Shown: positions 40,011-54,635, numbered from the stretch's first letter. The stretch: DNA of 64,000 nt from Chiloscyllium plagiosum (GCF_004010195.1 NC_057739.1:27849570-27913569), one strand, 5' to 3'. Translations and numbers: made by a program. Notes: generated by a model not told the origin, from the letters alone.

Positions 40011-40190
40011 CTCAGATTCTCGCACAGACATAAATTTGAGAAGAACATGTTTAAGATATTCAAAATTTATCTCCCTGGAGTCATTAAGATCTGAATTGTT
40101 TACAACTGTGGTGGAATTACTGATGCTGGTTGGTGGTTCAAAGTAAGATTTCTCCCGAACTTCAGCAGGCTCCAATTCTGGTTTCATTTT
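40011..40190 (-). CDS. GOLGA1: GOLGA1 exon (GRIP domain, N-terminal half)
   Basis: AAG|[41 protein letters not shown]|GTGAGT. Confidence 0.95.
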
Positions 40191-40339
40191 CTTTAATTGA
40201 GAAAAGATTTAATATGGCATCAATCATAATTCCATATTTTTTTTTAAAATCAAAAGAAAGTCTGAACAGCTGATATTTCTATTTTGCAGAAATCCATTAT
40301 CATGTTTCAACTCCAGTTACAAACATATGAATTAAGAGA

Positions 40340-40640
40340 CAAAAGTAGAAATTGCTGGAAAAGCTCAGCAGGTCTGACAGAATCTGTGGAGAGAAATCAG
40401 AGTTAACATTTCAGGTCGAATGATCCTCCCTCAGAATGCTGCCAGATGCTGTGCAGATGAAGAACTGCGGTTGCTGTAAATCAGAAACTTAGCAGATCTG
40501 GCAGCATTCTGAGGAAGGGTCACTTGACCCAAAATGTTAACTCTGATTTCTCTCCATAGATTATGCCAGATCTGCTAAGCTTTTCCAGCAATTTTTATTT
40601 TTGTTTCAGATTTACAGCATTTGCAGTTCTTTCGGTTGTT
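40340..40640. mobile_element. Fold-back Penelope-derived insert with a 15-bp TSD
   Basis: Inverted arms of about 100 bp; TSD atatgaattaagaga at 40325-40339 and 40641-40655. Confidence 0.8.
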
Positions 40641-41845
40641 ATATGAATTAAGAGATAGGCCAATCGGCCCCTCAAGCCTATTCTACCATTGGAAAATATG
40701 GCTGATCTAAACTGTGCTCTTAATTCTTTTCCTGCCTATCCCCTATATGACTTTGATTCACCTGTTATTCAAGAATGAACTCTGCCTTGACAATATTCGA
40801 GGACTCTGTCTCCACCACTTTGATGAATAGAGTTCCACTGACACATGATGTTCCGAGAGAAAATAATTCTCAAAATTTTCTCAACTTATTTTTAAACTAT
40901 GTCCTTTACTTCTAGTCTCTTTCACAAGGTGAAAGCATCCTTTCAGCATTGAGCTATTGAGGAATTTATTCATGTAGAATTTCTGTTTGCCTGATCCAGA
41001 GAATATAGGCTTCCTAAGAACAAACGCTTAAAAACCCTCAAATATGTACAAAGCTACTGCTGGAACTTAATCCAGTAAAACTGCACATCGTCACTTTCCA
41101 GATTCTCAAATGAAGAATGAGAACAAAGCAGTTTTGTAAATATATACAATTATTTTCTTTAAAAAAACTTGGAAAAAGATATGCTAAAGATGGTTCCCCT
41201 GAACGAATATCTAACATTGCGCAAAATAATAGTAAACCATAAAATTTAAAACTTCAGTTTTTTGAACAGGTGAAAAATGAAAACATAGTTAGTTTTAATT
41301 TGTCAGATCCAAAGTCACGAATAATTTAAACTGGAAAAACCTTGCCATTAATTTGAAACACGGGTGAAAGCAACTAAAACCAAAGATTAAAAAAAATGAA
41401 TGGCAACTTCAAAAACAGGACATTGTAGGTAATATAGAAAATGCTGTAAATACTCAGCAGATCCAGCAGCATCCTCAGAGAGAAACAGAATTAACATTAC
41501 AGGTCTCTGACCTTCAAGCTTCATTGACCTGAAACAATAACTATCTTTCTCTCCACAGATGGCCCCTAACCTGCAGGAACTAAATTGGATTTGTCAAACT
41601 AAAAATAAATCTATTAATTAGTAGTTTTTTTTTTATTTCAGCGAGGCGATGAAAAGGGAAGTATTCTTGGAACAATTCTCCAGACAATGTTATTTCAGTA
41701 TCAGGTACAGACTGCAATTTAGGACAATAACATTTGCCACACTTTAACACGTGCAAAATCTACTTCTGACCCATTTTCGGGTTTGATTGATTGAAAAATC
41801 CTAAGTAATCTGTTTAAAAGATGTAACTTAATGCAAACTCTTTAC

Positions 41846-41905
41846 CAATTCTTTCTGCAGTGTCTTCTTCAATTCTGTTAGTCTCTGCAGCAGTTGTTTA
41901 ATAGT
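41846..41905 (-). CDS. GOLGA1: GOLGA1 exon
   Basis: CAG|TIKQLLQRLTELKKTLQKEL|GTAAAG. Confidence 0.92.
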
Positions 41906-42184
41906 CTGATGGAGGAAAAAGATTTAAAATATAAAATCTACAGTAATGTATAAATTATTACATGAAACAACTTAAATTTACAATTTTAACCATACATTAA
42001 AGGATTAGGGAAATCATTAGCAAACATTGCAAATTTGTTATTCACGACTCCAGCGAGTATGAGAAGACACAGTTTTAACGTACCTTAATTTTGCTAACCT
42101 GAGTTGAGATTAAGTGGTGAACATACAAACAAGGAACAAGAGTCAACTATTTAGTCCTTCAAGCCTACTCTGCCAGAATCAAAG

Positions 42185-43410
42185 ATTTCCAGCAAAAAAA
42201 AAAGGCCCTTCAAGCCATCAAGTGCAGAAGTCAAAAACGACCACATAACTATGCTAATTTAATTTCCAGCACTTGGCCCATAGCTTTGTATGCCTTGGCA
42301 TTCTCCTCTACCACTCTTCAAGTATTGGCTTTCAGAATGCCACCACCCTCTGGGTAAAAACATTTTCCTCACATCACCCTTAAACCTCCTGTCTCTCATC
42401 TTAAATATATACCCCCAGTCACTAATCACTGCACCCAGGGTGAAGTCTTTTTTCTGTCTCCCTGAGCTATGTCCCCATTTTTTTTGTCACAATCATGTCT
42501 CACCTCAGTCTTCTCTGCTTCTGGGAAAACAAGCCTAGTCTATCCGATCTCTCTTCATAACTAAAACTCTCCAGACCAGACAACACCCTCTGCAGCCTCT
42601 CCAGTACAGTCACGTCCCTTCTATAATGTGGATTTGAGAACTCCAGCTGTGCCTAACCAACATTTTATACAGCTGCAACATATCCTCCTTACTCTTTAAA
42701 CTCTATGCCTGGGCTAATAAATATGCCTTAAGGGATCATGGACATTAAAATCCCTCTGATTCTTGGTGCTCCGTAGGATCCTACTGTTCATCATGCATTC
42801 CCTTGTTTTGTTTGTCCTGCCAAAGTCCACCACCTCACAACTTATTGCCATTTAATAGAATCATGGCTGATCGAAGTTAACTTCAATTCTGCATTCCTAG
42901 ACATCCCCAATAATCTTTCATTCCCTTGATAATCAGTAATTATTTGTACTACAATTTTTTAAAAAAGTTTCTGCTTTCATTGTCTTTGTGGAAGAGAATT
43001 CCAAAGATTCTCAACCCACACAGAAAAATGTTTCTTCATCACTTTTAAATATGCACTCTTTCTTATTTTTAAATTATGACCTATAGTTTTAGATTGTCAC
43101 ACAACAGGAAATATCCTTTCAACATTCCACTCAGGATCTTATATTTTTCAATTAAGTCACATCTAGCTATTCTAAACTCCAGGCAGGCCTAACTCGTCTA
43201 ACCTGTTTTCTGGTCTAGTCAACCTGCTCTGAAATTCTTCTGATGGATTAATATCCTTTTGTACATATAATGTCCTGTACTATACACAGTATTCCAAATT
43301 CATCCTCACCAATGTCCTGTATAATTGAAGCATAACCTCCTACTATTGCATTTAATTCCCCTTGCAATAAACCACAGCATTCTATTAGCTTTCCTGATTA
43401 CTTGCTGAAG
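42185..43410 (-). mobile_element. Two old CR1 3' fragments
   Basis: Reverse-complement CR1 3' motifs, e.g. aaaaacattttcctcacatcacccttaaacct. Confidence 0.65.
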
Positions 43411-43659
43411 GGGAAATATTACAACTTTCTGTCTTTGCTGCAAAATTGAATTGGTCTAGCCTCAGCTGCATTGTCAGCAAAAATTACTCCACTGGTTGGA
43501 GTTCCTCAGCCCAATGAATGCCAATAGTTTGATGAAAAGCGCACCTGGTGCTAAGGCACTTGAATAAACTGTTGTACAATAAAGAACCAAATTCATCGAA
43601 TCAGAGGACAGCAGAGACGTCACTGAGATGAATTCTTTGAGATGGCACTGCAGTCACCC

Positions 43660-44775
43660 CGAATGGTTTGAATATAGATACAAAACTGGCTTGGTCATAG
43701 AAGACAGGGTTGTGGTGGAAGGGTGTTTTTCAGAATGGAGACCGTAACTAGTGGTGTCCCACAGGAATCAGTCTTAGGTCCTCTGTTTTTTTTTGTAGTA
43801 TATATAAATGATCTGGAGGAAAATGTGGGTGGTCTGATTAATAAATTTGCAGATGAAACAAAGATTGGTGGAGTTGCTGACAGTGCTGACGATTGTGAAA
43901 GAATACAACAAGATAAAGACAGATTGGCGACTGGGGCACAGAAATGACAGGTGGAGTTTAATCCAGACAAATGCGAGATGATGCATTTTAAAGGATCAAA
44001 TTTAGGTGTGTATTATATTGTATGGCAGAACCCTTCGAACATTAGCATACAGATAGATCTGGGTGTGCGGGTCCACAATAAAAGTGGCAACATGGGTGGC
44101 CAAAGTGATTAAGGTGGCATATGGCATCCTTGCCTTCATCGACTGAGCATAGAGTACAAGAATTGGCAAATCATGGTGCATCTGTGTTAAACCCTTGTTA
44201 GGCCGCATTTGGAATATTGTATGTAGTTTTGGTCACCACACTACCAGAAGGATGTGGAAGCTTTGGAAAGAGTGTACAGAAGGTTCACCAGGATGTTGCC
44301 TGGTCTTGAGGGTATTGGCTATGAGAAAAAGGTTAAAAAATCTAGAATAGTTTTCATTGGAAAGGCGGCAGCTAAGAGGAGATCTGATAGGGGTCTACAA
44401 AACTATGAGGGGTATCGATAAGGTAGATAGTCAGAAGCTTTTTCCCCAGGATTGAAGTTTCAATTACAAGGGGATACAGGTTCAAGGTGAGAGGGGGAAA
44501 GTTCAAGGGAGATGTGCGAGGGAGATGTGTGAGGGAAGTTTTTCACGCAGAGAGCAGTAGGAGCCTTGAACGCAGTGCCAGAAGAGGCAGTGGAAACAGG
44601 CAGGTTGGCGACATTTACGAGACATCTGGATGGTACATGAATAGGGACGGAACAGAGGGATACAGAGTGAATAAGGGCAGATGGTTTGCTTTTTAGTTTA
44701 GTTAGGGCACGATGATCGGCACAGGTTTGGAGAGCCGAAGGGCCCTTTCCTGTGCTGTACTTCTCTTTGTTCTTT
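43660..44775 (+). mobile_element. CR1 3' fragment (RT C-terminal half and tail)
   Basis: VTSGVPQESVLGPL..YINDL..KFADETKIGG. Confidence 0.9.
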
Positions 44776-45997
44776 GTATTTAATCTGTCTGTGATTAAAT
44801 AAGTAATAGGCAAAACTGGTAGGTTCTGCCAAAGCACTTTCTCAAAATAGGTAAGTCAGCTCTTAGCTGGTCCAACACAGTTTTATATAGGATCTATTGG
44901 GAACAGTAACATGGTGGTAACATTGCAGAAGTATTCATCCAGAGGCCTTGACTATGCTTCAGAGACATAAGTTCAAATTAAACACTGACAGCTGGTGCAA
45001 TTTAAATTTAATTAATAAATCTGGAATTATGGGCCAGGAAATTTCCTGTTGATTGTCACATAGTTGCCACCTTCAACAGATTAATCAATGTTCCTTCATG
45101 TTGAACACCACTGGAAAGATGTGGCAGTGCCGGTGTTGGTCTGGGGTGGACAAAGTTAAAATTGACAACACCAGGCTACAGTCCAACAAGTTTATGTGGA
45201 AGTATAACCTTATGTTGACTTTTAACTTTTACCACTGGAAAGAAGCACTAAAGGTAGCAATGGCAACGAATTTGCTCAGGGTGGGGTACTTCAATGGCTA
45301 ACATCAAAAATGGCACAGTAGCATCACTACAGACTATCCTAAAGAACACATCTGTCAGATTGCACCTGCAGAAGGTGGCAAGAAAAGAAAAATCTATTCT
45401 TCTACTTGACCTTGCTCATCTACCTATCACAGATGCATTTGTCCATAACTGGACTGGTAGTGACAACCCCACGTTGTTTTACATAGATGAAACGCCATTT
45501 TCACAGAGAGACCCTCCATGGTTTTGTGTGGCACAACCATCATGTTACATGGGATAGATTCAAAACAGATTTGACAGCTCAAACAAACAGAATGCTGGAA
45601 AAACTCAGGAGGTCTTTGGAGAGAGAAACAGGAGTTAATATTTTGAATCTGGTATAACTCTTTTTCAGAATTTGCAGTTCAAATTTGGATGTCCATGACC
45701 TGGGCCTGATTCAATGAGGAATAGAGGACAGGATGTCAGGAGCAGCACAGCTATCAATCAGGGATAAAGCTGATGAAGCTACATGTATGTGAAAAAGCAG
45801 AAGCAATATGCAATAGATAAAGTAAAGCAATCCTGCAAACAACTGATTAGACTTAAAACCCAGCAATCTGTTTCTTCTATTCAGGAATGATGGGGACAAT
45901 TAAATAACTAACAGATCGTCAAAGCTCCACAAACAGCAATTCTCAATGATGGCAAAGCCCAGCACATCAATGTTGAAAAAAACAAGATTGAAGCATT

Positions 45998-48928
45998 GGG
46001 AAAAGGTTGAGATTCTGAAGGGAGATTACAGAGAGTTAGGCAGAAATTTAAAAAGGAGGTCCTCAAGGGTAGTAATATCTGGACTACTCCCAGTGCTACG
46101 AGCTAGGGAGGGCAGGAGTAGGAGGATAGAGCAGATGAATGCATGGCTGAGGAGCTGGTGTATGGGAGAAGGATTCACATTTTTGGATCATTGGAATCTC
46201 TTTTGGGGTAGAAGTGACCTGTACAAGAAGGATGGATTGCACCTAAATTGGAAGGGGACTAATATACTGGCAGGGAAATTTGCTTGAACAGCTTGGGAGG
46301 ATTTAAACTAGTAGGTGGGGGGGGGGGGGAGGGGGGGGACCCAGGGAGATAGTGAGGAATGAAATCAATTGGAGACGGGTATATCTGGAAACAGAAGTGA
46401 GTTAAACAGTCATGGCAGGCAGGGACCAGGTAGGACTAATAAATTAAACTGCATTTACTTCAATGCAAGGGGCCTAACAGGGAAGGCAGATGAACTCAGG
46501 GCATGGTTAGGAACATGGGACTGGGATATCATAGCAATTACAGAAACATGGCTCAGGGATGGGCAAGACTGGCAGCTTAATGTTCCAGGATACAAACACT
46601 ACAGGAAGGATAGAAAGGGAGGCAAGAGAGAGGAGGGGGAGTGGCATTTTTGATAAGGGACAGCATTACAGCTGTGCTGAGGGAGGATATACCCGGAAAT
46701 ACATCCAGGGAAGTTATTTGGGTGGAACTAAGAAAGAGATGATAACCTTATTGGGATTGTATTATACAACTCGCAATAGTCAGAGGGAAATTGAGAAACA
46801 AACTTGTAAGGAGATCTCAGCTATCTGTAAGAATAATAGGATAGTTATGGTAGGAGATTTTAACTTTCCAAGCATCGACTGGGACTGCCATAGTGTTAAA
46901 GATTTAGATGGAGAGGAATTTTTTAAGTGTGTACAAGACAATTTTCTGATTCAGGATGTGGATGTACCTACTAGTGAAGGTGCAAAACTTGACCGACTCT
47001 TGGGAAATAGGGCAGAGCAAGTGACTGAGGTGTCAGTGGGGGAGCACTTTGGGGCCAGCGACCATAATTCTATTCGTTTTAAAATAGTGATGGAAAAGGA
47101 TAGACCAGATCTAAAAGTTGAAGTTTTAAATTGGAGAAAGGCCAATTTTTACAGTATTAGGCAAGAACTTTTGAAAACTGATTGGAGGCAGATGTTCACA
47201 GATAAAGGGATGGCTGGAAAATGGGAAGCCTTCAGAAATGAGATAACAAGAATCCAGAGAAAGTATATTCCTGTCAGGGTAAAAGGGAAGTCTGGTAGGT
47301 ATAGGGAATGCTGGATGACTAAAGAAATTGAGGGTTTGGTTAAGAAAAAGGAAGCATATGTCAGATATAGACAGGATAGATTGAGTGAAACATTAGAAGA
47401 GTATAAAGGAAGTTGAAGTATACTTAAGAGGGAAATCAGGAGGGCAAAACGGGGACATGGGATAGCTTTGGCAAATATAATTAAGGAGAATCCAAAAGGG
47501 TTTTTACAAATATATTAAGGACAAAAGGGCAACTAGGGAGAGAATAGGGCCCCTCAAGGATCAGCAAGGCAACCTTTGTGTGGAGCCACAGAAAATGGGG
47601 GAGATACTAAATGAATATTTTGCATTAGTATTTACTGTGGAAAATGATATGGAAGATATAGAGACTGTAGGGAAATAGATGGTGACATCTTGCAAAACGT
47701 CCAGATTACAGAGGAGAAAGTGCTGGATGTCTTGAAACGGTTAAAGGTGGATAAATCCCCAGGACCTGATCAGGTGTACCCGAGAACTCTGTGGGCAGCT
47801 ACAGAAGTGATTGCTGGGCCTCTTGCTGAGATATTTGTACCATCGATAGTCACAGGCGAGATGCCGGAAGATGGGAAGTTGGCAAACGTGGTGCAACTGT
47901 TTAAGAAGGGCAGTAAAGACAAATCAGGGAACTATAGACCGGTGAGTCTGACCTCAGTGGTGGGCAAGTTGTTGGAGGGAGTCCTGAGGGACAGGATGTA
48001 CATGTATTTGGAAAGGCAAGAACTAATTATGGATAGTCAACATGGCTTTGTACGTGAGAAATCATGTCTCACAAACTTGATCGAGTTTTTTGAAGAAGTA
48101 ACAAAGAAGATTGATGAGGGCAGAGCAATAAATGTGATATATATGGACTTCAGTAAGGCGTTCGACAAGGTTCCCCATGGGAGACTGGTTAGCTAGGTTA
48201 GATCTCATGGAATACAGGGAGAACTAGACATTTGGATACAGAATTGGCTCAAAGGTAGAAGACAGAGGGTGGTGGTGGAGGGTTGTTTTTCAGACTGGAG
48301 GCCTGTGACCAGTGGAGTGGCACAAGGATCGGTACTGGGTCCTCTACTTTTTGTCATTTACTTAAATGATTTGGATGCGAGCATAAGAGGTACAGTTAGT
48401 AAGTTTGCAGATGACACCAAAATTGGAGGTATAGTGGACAGCAAAGAGGATTACCTCAGATTACAACAGGATCTGGACCAGATGGGCCAGAGCTACAGGA
48501 AGAGGCTGAACAGGCTAGGGCTGTTTTCCCTGGAGCGTCGGAGGCTGAGGGGTGACCTTATAGAGGTTTACAAAATTATGTGGGGCATGGATAGGATAAA
48601 TAGGCAAAGTCTTTTCCCTGGGGTCGGGGAGTCCAGAACTAGATGGCATAGGTGTAGGGTGAGAGGGGAAAGATATAAAAGAGACCTAAGAGGCAACTTT
48701 TTCACGCAGAGGGTGGTACATGTATGGAATGAGCTGCCAGAGGACGTGGTGGAGGTTGGTACAATTGCAACATTTAAGAGGCATTTGGATGGGTATATGA
48801 ATAGGAAGGGTTTGGAGGGATATGGGTCGTGCTGGCAGGTGGGACTAGGTTGGGTTGGGATATCTGATCGGCATGGACAGGTTGGATCGAAGGGTCTGTT
48901 TCCATGCTGTACATCTCTATGACTCTAT
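45998..48928 (+). mobile_element. CR1 LINE (end of ORF1 esterase plus ORF2), with an internal deletion near 48490
   Basis: VVISGLLP..DGLHLN, YFNARGL..ITETWL, VGDFNFP, SDH, SPGPD, NYRPVSLTS, DFSKAFDKVPH, KFADDTK; tail ctctatgactcta. Confidence 0.93.
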
Positions 48929-49556
48929 TTGCAACCATCCTCAAACAGGAGGGCCATGGGAAATAGGCGGCAACTATGTGGCTGTTATTAAAAATATCAT
49001 AAAGAGATGTTAAGCAAATTGGTATTTATTCAGAAATCAATGCTTTCAAAGCACAGTTTTCTGCAATATATTACTTCAGCACAACACTGATAAATTGTAA
49101 TCATAGTTACCATCATTCAAAACTTGTTGGATTTAATTAACATGATATAGGAAAACTAAACATTTAGTTAAAAAAAAAACAAATTTCAAGTTAATAAAAC
49201 TAATTATTGTGGACAAATTTTAAAATTGAAATCTGTTTCTAGGTTTGTGGTGAACAATAGAGGCTACTGATAAAAAAATGCATAAAACACCTTTGCAATT
49301 TATCAATGTTAAGAAGGAAACTGTGTTACTCAATTACTTGTAACAGAAACTAGTAACCCAAGGTGTAGATTTAGATAGGAAATGAAAATTTTGGCTAAAA
49401 ACAAGAATAACATTTACAAGGTAAATTCTTCAAAACGTGGACAAAAAAAACTAAACAATTCTGTACACATAAAAGCCTTTTAACTAATGGTGATGTTGTC
49501 ACAAAGGCAGGCAATTTACAAACCACGCTGATCTACTCATTTCCTGAGCAACTAAC

Positions 49557-49715
49557 CTTGTTTTTCTCTATCAACTGCTGTTCCAAATCTTGGTTGTCCT
49601 GTTGAAGCTGTAAGGTATAGGAGACTGTCACATCTCCATTTTGTTCTTTTCCATCATTTTTTGGGGGATGTAATTGTCCATTGAGAGCTGCCACCTCTGC
49701 TTCCAGATCATTCAC
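49557..49715 (-). CDS. GOLGA1: GOLGA1 exon
   Basis: CAG|VNDLEAEVAALNGQ..QNGDVT..LQQDNQDLEQQLIEKNK|GTTAGT; 159 nt. Confidence 0.9.
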
Positions 49716-51447
49716 CTGTCAGAGCAATGTGCATTTCTTTAATGATTCACAGAAACAAAATTAGGAATCGCGTTGGCCAGAGTACAAAACATAGAATTTT
49801 ATAAAAGCTGAAAAATAATATTCAATTGCAAACAGAGTAAATACCAATCTGTTCCAAGCAACAGCACAGCATTTTTTTAAATTAAAAAGTATTTACTTAA
49901 ATTAAAATTATCATTTTAATTTGGGAAGTAATTTTTTTTAAAAAATTAATAACTTTTACTTGGGAAATGAATTCTAACCTTTTAATTTTAAAAAAATGTT
50001 GTGCTGTTGGATAGAATAGATTCCCCTGTTCTCCAGTAAGATGGGCCTATTCATGGCTAGCTGATGTCAGTTAAGGTAATGGTAAAGGTGACAAAATTAT
50101 TTGCAACATTGCTGGGTTTAAATAATCAGTGTTCAGCTCTATCTGTCTGGTTAGAAGTCTTGGTTCACACATGAAGAACAGCCACTTCAGCAAGATATCA
50201 CTTGAATGACACGGCTACAGAATAATATTCCATAGACAAACTTCTTCTGCAGAAATAAGGAGCTGGAAACAGTTAGGAAAAGAAATTCAAAACTATCAAG
50301 TTTTAAAAACTCACCAAACAGTAACTGACCCATTATCAAAGACACAAACTCCAGTAATTTCATTATAAGAATATGGATTTTCTATTTCACTTAAAATAAG
50401 AGAATTCCACACTGCTCCCTTGGAAACATCCCATTTAGTTTGAGGTATAGGTCATAGATAACAGAAAGCCCCTATAAGGCCATTCTAGCTGCTGCCCATA
50501 TTGTGAATGTAGGTGAAAAGACTGGGCACAGGATAAATCAAACAGATTCCAGATGAAGGATAGGTTGGAACTATTGAAACTCATAAATGGATTGCATTAC
50601 AGCACAGACTTCTTGAAATTGAAGATATGCCAGGTGAGTGCTGCAGTCTGTGTTACTTATTGATACCTGATGACCTTCAAGGAATTTGAATTTCCCTCCA
50701 TTCCAAGGAAACTGAAAATTAAGCACACATTTCCTGAAGGACCAAGAAACCTTTGGTGACTACAATGCCACTGTTAGGGTCAGCCACCACATTAATTTGT
50801 TAATTGAAAAGTGACATGTCAATTGTAGGAACAAACAAAACTAGAAGTGGCAGGAGAAACTCAGCAGGTCTGACAGCAACTGTGGAGTGAAAACAGAATT
50901 AATGTTTCGAATCCAATGACCCTTCTTCAGAACTGGATTTTAGTGTCATTGGCAGTTATCATCTGATAGTGTCCCAGTTAACCATATATACAAGGTAATA
51001 GTTTGTTCTGGTTGAGATTATTAATACATTTTTTTCTAACAGATGTACATAGTTAGGACCACAGAAATGTTCCATATCTGCAAGATCACTTCTTGGCAGT
51101 AAAACGAAGGAAAAATAGTTAACTTTTAACATGTTCTTCCTTTTCACAAGATGGTTTAATATATTGATCCAGAAGCAATAAAAGATGATGTCACAGAAGA
51201 TCAATAATAAATAAAATTAGATTTTTAAAAACAGAATCCATACAGTGTGGAAACAGGCCCTTCAGCCCAGCATGTCCACACTGACCATCCAAAGGGTCTG
51301 CCACCCTGACCCAAACCCGGGTCCCTGGCGCTGTGAGGCATCAGTAATGAGCTACCGTACCACCATGATTTGTACTTACAAGTATAGAATATCCAGCAAC
51401 TTGCAGAAATTAGCGTGTTTAAATCATGGCTGAGACAGCTAACATAC

Positions 51448-51608
51448 CTTCCGCTCACTGGCTTCCAGATGTTCTTGTCTCTCGATCAACTGCAACTCGA
51501 GATCACTCAACTGGTTCTGAACTATCCCTTCTCTTTCTGCTGTTGAACTTTTAAAATTTTCACTTTCTATTTGTAGCTGATTCATCTGTGATATCACACC
51601 TTCATGAT
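51448..51608 (-). CDS. GOLGA1: GOLGA1 exon (coiled coil)
   Basis: TAG|(D)HEGVISQMNQLQIESENFKSSTAEREGIVQNQLSDLELQLIERQEHLEASERK|GTATGT; the phase 1 start matches the upstream exon. Confidence 0.82.
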
Positions 51609-53249
51609 CTAGAGGTACGGTAAAATAGATTCATTAACATATCCCTTCCACAAGTTAAGCATTTCTCATTCATCATACAAAACACTATGGATGCAAAACG
51701 CATGATGAAAATTTGTCTCTCACGTACTATATTGTATTTCTTTTTACTGTATACACAAATATAGAAAATGTACACTAGTTTTCTATGAAAAGCAAAGTAT
51801 CTAATCTACAATGAATAATTTTTATTTTGTAATAAACTATGTCTTACATTTCCATAACCAATTCACAAGGTAACTGGCCTAAGGTTTTGCTGTTATGTAA
51901 TTAGCTCGTAGAGGGTGCACAAGACCAATCAGGGAAAATCTCAATGTGTTTTTGTTACATTCTATGGAAAGCACCTGAAGTTTTCGAAGAACTTCTTCCA
52001 AACGTCTAATTGTCAAGGTACAGGAATAGCAAGCCAAGCCAAATCGGTTTCACTATTACTGGATCTGCAACACAGTAGCTTATAAACATTCAATGACCCT
52101 CAAAACTGCTCAACTGCTCCTAATGAGACTTTACAAACAACAGATCTTGGCACTAAGTTTATAGCTTAAACAAACTTAATATTTCATTATTAGTAATGGA
52201 ACTTTAGCAGAGCATAAATGAATTACAAGGCAATATAATTAATATCTACAGTTTAAACCCAATCTTCTTTGAATATACTGACAAATAGACACACATAAAG
52301 AATAAATTAAGGGTCATAATTTGTCAGTTTATTAGCGTTTCGATGATGAATACCAGGACTGCATGAATTCCTTAGATGATTGGTTGTATTATGGACATGC
52401 AGGACTGCATATCTTACTTGAAATCTGAAGCCACTAGTAAATACAAACAGTTTCTCTCGAGATTTTTTAAAACTTATTTCCTACAGACTGGGTTTCTTTT
52501 CTCAGAATTTTCAACAAGTCGATGTAACAGGAGAATAACAGGAGAGAGAAAAAACAAAAACCCAGCCCAGTCCAGCAGCTCCCGAAACAAAAACTGTCCC
52601 CTGCCCAAAAACCAGTCAGAACTAGTTCACACTTTGTTTTTTTTCTCTTTTTCAACATTCCCTGTGGTTAGATGACCAGCATAATTCCTCCCTTAATACA
52701 CCAAATCAACATCTAATCAGCTGCCAGTCTCTGAGCTTAACCTGCATAATCTTCCCAGAACAGTTCCCAACAGCAACATCAGTCTTTTGCTTTTTTAAAA
52801 ATAAGATGCTGTTCAAAATTCAACTTTAACTCACAACACGAAACCAAAAATGAGCAAAGTAAAATAGTAGTGACAAGTCTCAAAATAATCAAAAGCTCAA
52901 CAAGAAAATTTTATTATGAATATTTTCAGCAGTATTTGATTTAGCACAATCTTGAGAATAAGGCTAAAAGTCTACAATGAAATAAATATTTTAAAATTTG
53001 TGATACATGCACTGACATTATCCATTCTGATTTATTTCACTGATATATGGAATCCTATTTTCTCTTGTTCAAGTGAAATCACCACATTCACATTTTCCAA
53101 TAATCAAACCCAAAAGTTCAAACTGAGCTTGTTCCCACAATTTAAACTTCAACTGCAGAACAATACTTATACTTTTTAAATTATCTTTTCTTTCTGACAG
53201 CTTTTCCCTTAAAAGTTGTTTGATCTTAAATAAATCACATTTTTCAAAC

Positions 53250-53352
53250 CTTGCTCAAGTTTCTTGAAATCTTCTTGCATTTTTATTAACTCTTTATCTT
53301 TCTGCAAGTCTGAAGTATCTTTTTCATCCAGCATTTGTGTCAATTGTAAAAC
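53250..53352 (-). CDS. GOLGA1: GOLGA1 exon (coiled coil)
   Basis: CAG|VLQLTQMLDEKDTSDLQKDKELIKMQEDFKKLEQ(D)|GTTTGA; 103 nt. Confidence 0.82.
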
Positions 53353-53714
53353 CTGTCATTGCAAAACAAATACATAAAGGAAGGCAACAAAGTAATCATA
53401 AACAAAATATAGCTCTTGTGGTCAAATTAATGAGATCAGTTTTCAATTCTAGACTTAACTGAAGTTAAGTTTCACCAAATGCCATGGTGGGATTCGATCC
53501 CTACTCCCCAGAGCACTCATCTAGGCCTTGGATTACTAGTAAAATGACTGCTGCACTATCATGTCTATCATGCCTCTCTCTCTCTCTCTCTCGTACTCTC
53601 ATCCTCATCAACATTATAGCATTGATGTAGACGTACGTTCACCCAATATTTTGTCACTTGAATAATAAAGACCATAACTCATAATATGGGCTCAGTTTTT
53701 AAAATAACTTTACA

Positions 53715-54635
53715 TATTTATATCATTGATTTGAATGTGAACATAGGAGGTTTAGTTAGTAAGTTTGCAGATGACACCAAAATTGGAGGTGTAGTGGACA
53801 GCGAAGAGGGTTACCTCAGAGTACAATGGGATCTTGATCAGCTGGGCCAATGGGCTGAAGAGTGGAAGATGAAGTTTAATTCAGATAAATGTGAGGTGAT
53901 GCATTTTGGAAAAGCAAATCTGAGCAGAACTTATACATTTAATGGTAAGGTCTTAGGGAGTGTTGCTGAAGAAAGAGACCTTGGAGTGCAGGTTCATAGT
54001 TCCTTGAAAGTAGAATCGCAGGTAGAAAGGATAGTGATGGAGGCGTTTGGTATGCTTTCCTTTATTGGTCAGAGCATTGGGTATTGGGAGGTCATGTTGC
54101 GGCTGTACAGGACATGGGTTAGGCCACTTTTGGAATATTGCGTGCAATTCTCATCTCCTTCCTATTGGAAGGACGTTGTGAAACTTGAAAGGGTTCAGAA
54201 AAAATTTACAAGAATGTTGCCAATGTTGAGGATTTCAGCTACAGGGAAAGGCTGAATAAGTTGTTTTCCCTGGAGCGTTGGAGGCTGAGGGGTGATCTTA
54301 TAGAGGTTTATAAAATCATGAAGGGCATGGATAGGATAAATAACAAGGTCTTTTTCCTGGGCTGGGGGAGTCCAGAACTAGAGGGCATGGGTTTATGATG
54401 AAAGGAGAAGGATATAAAAGAGACCAAAGGGGCAACTTTTTCACACAGAGGGTGATACATGTATGGAATGAACTGCCAGAGGAAGTGGTGGAGGCTGGTA
54501 TATGAATAGGAAGGGTTTAGAGTGATATGGGCCACGTGCTGGCAAATGTGATTAGATTAGGTTAGGATATCTGGTCAGTGTGGATGAGTTGGACCGAACG
54601 TCCGTTTCCATGCTGTACATCTCTATGACTCTATA
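53715..54635 (+). mobile_element. CR1 3' fragment
   Basis: KFADDTKIGG..FNSDKCEVMHFG..VRPLLEYCVQF; tail ctctatgactcta. Confidence 0.92.

Noticed and set aside
46559-48922. Long ORFs suggesting an active or domesticated reverse transcriptase
   Set aside because: CR1 ORF2 is broken by stops, frameshifts and a deletion of roughly 380 nt near 48490 relative to the copy at 53715-54635
51448-51585. Alternative GOLGA1 acceptor at 51586 (CAG|ATG)
   Set aside because: A phase 0 start is incompatible with the upstream exon ending in phase 1; the acceptor at 51609 keeps the frame
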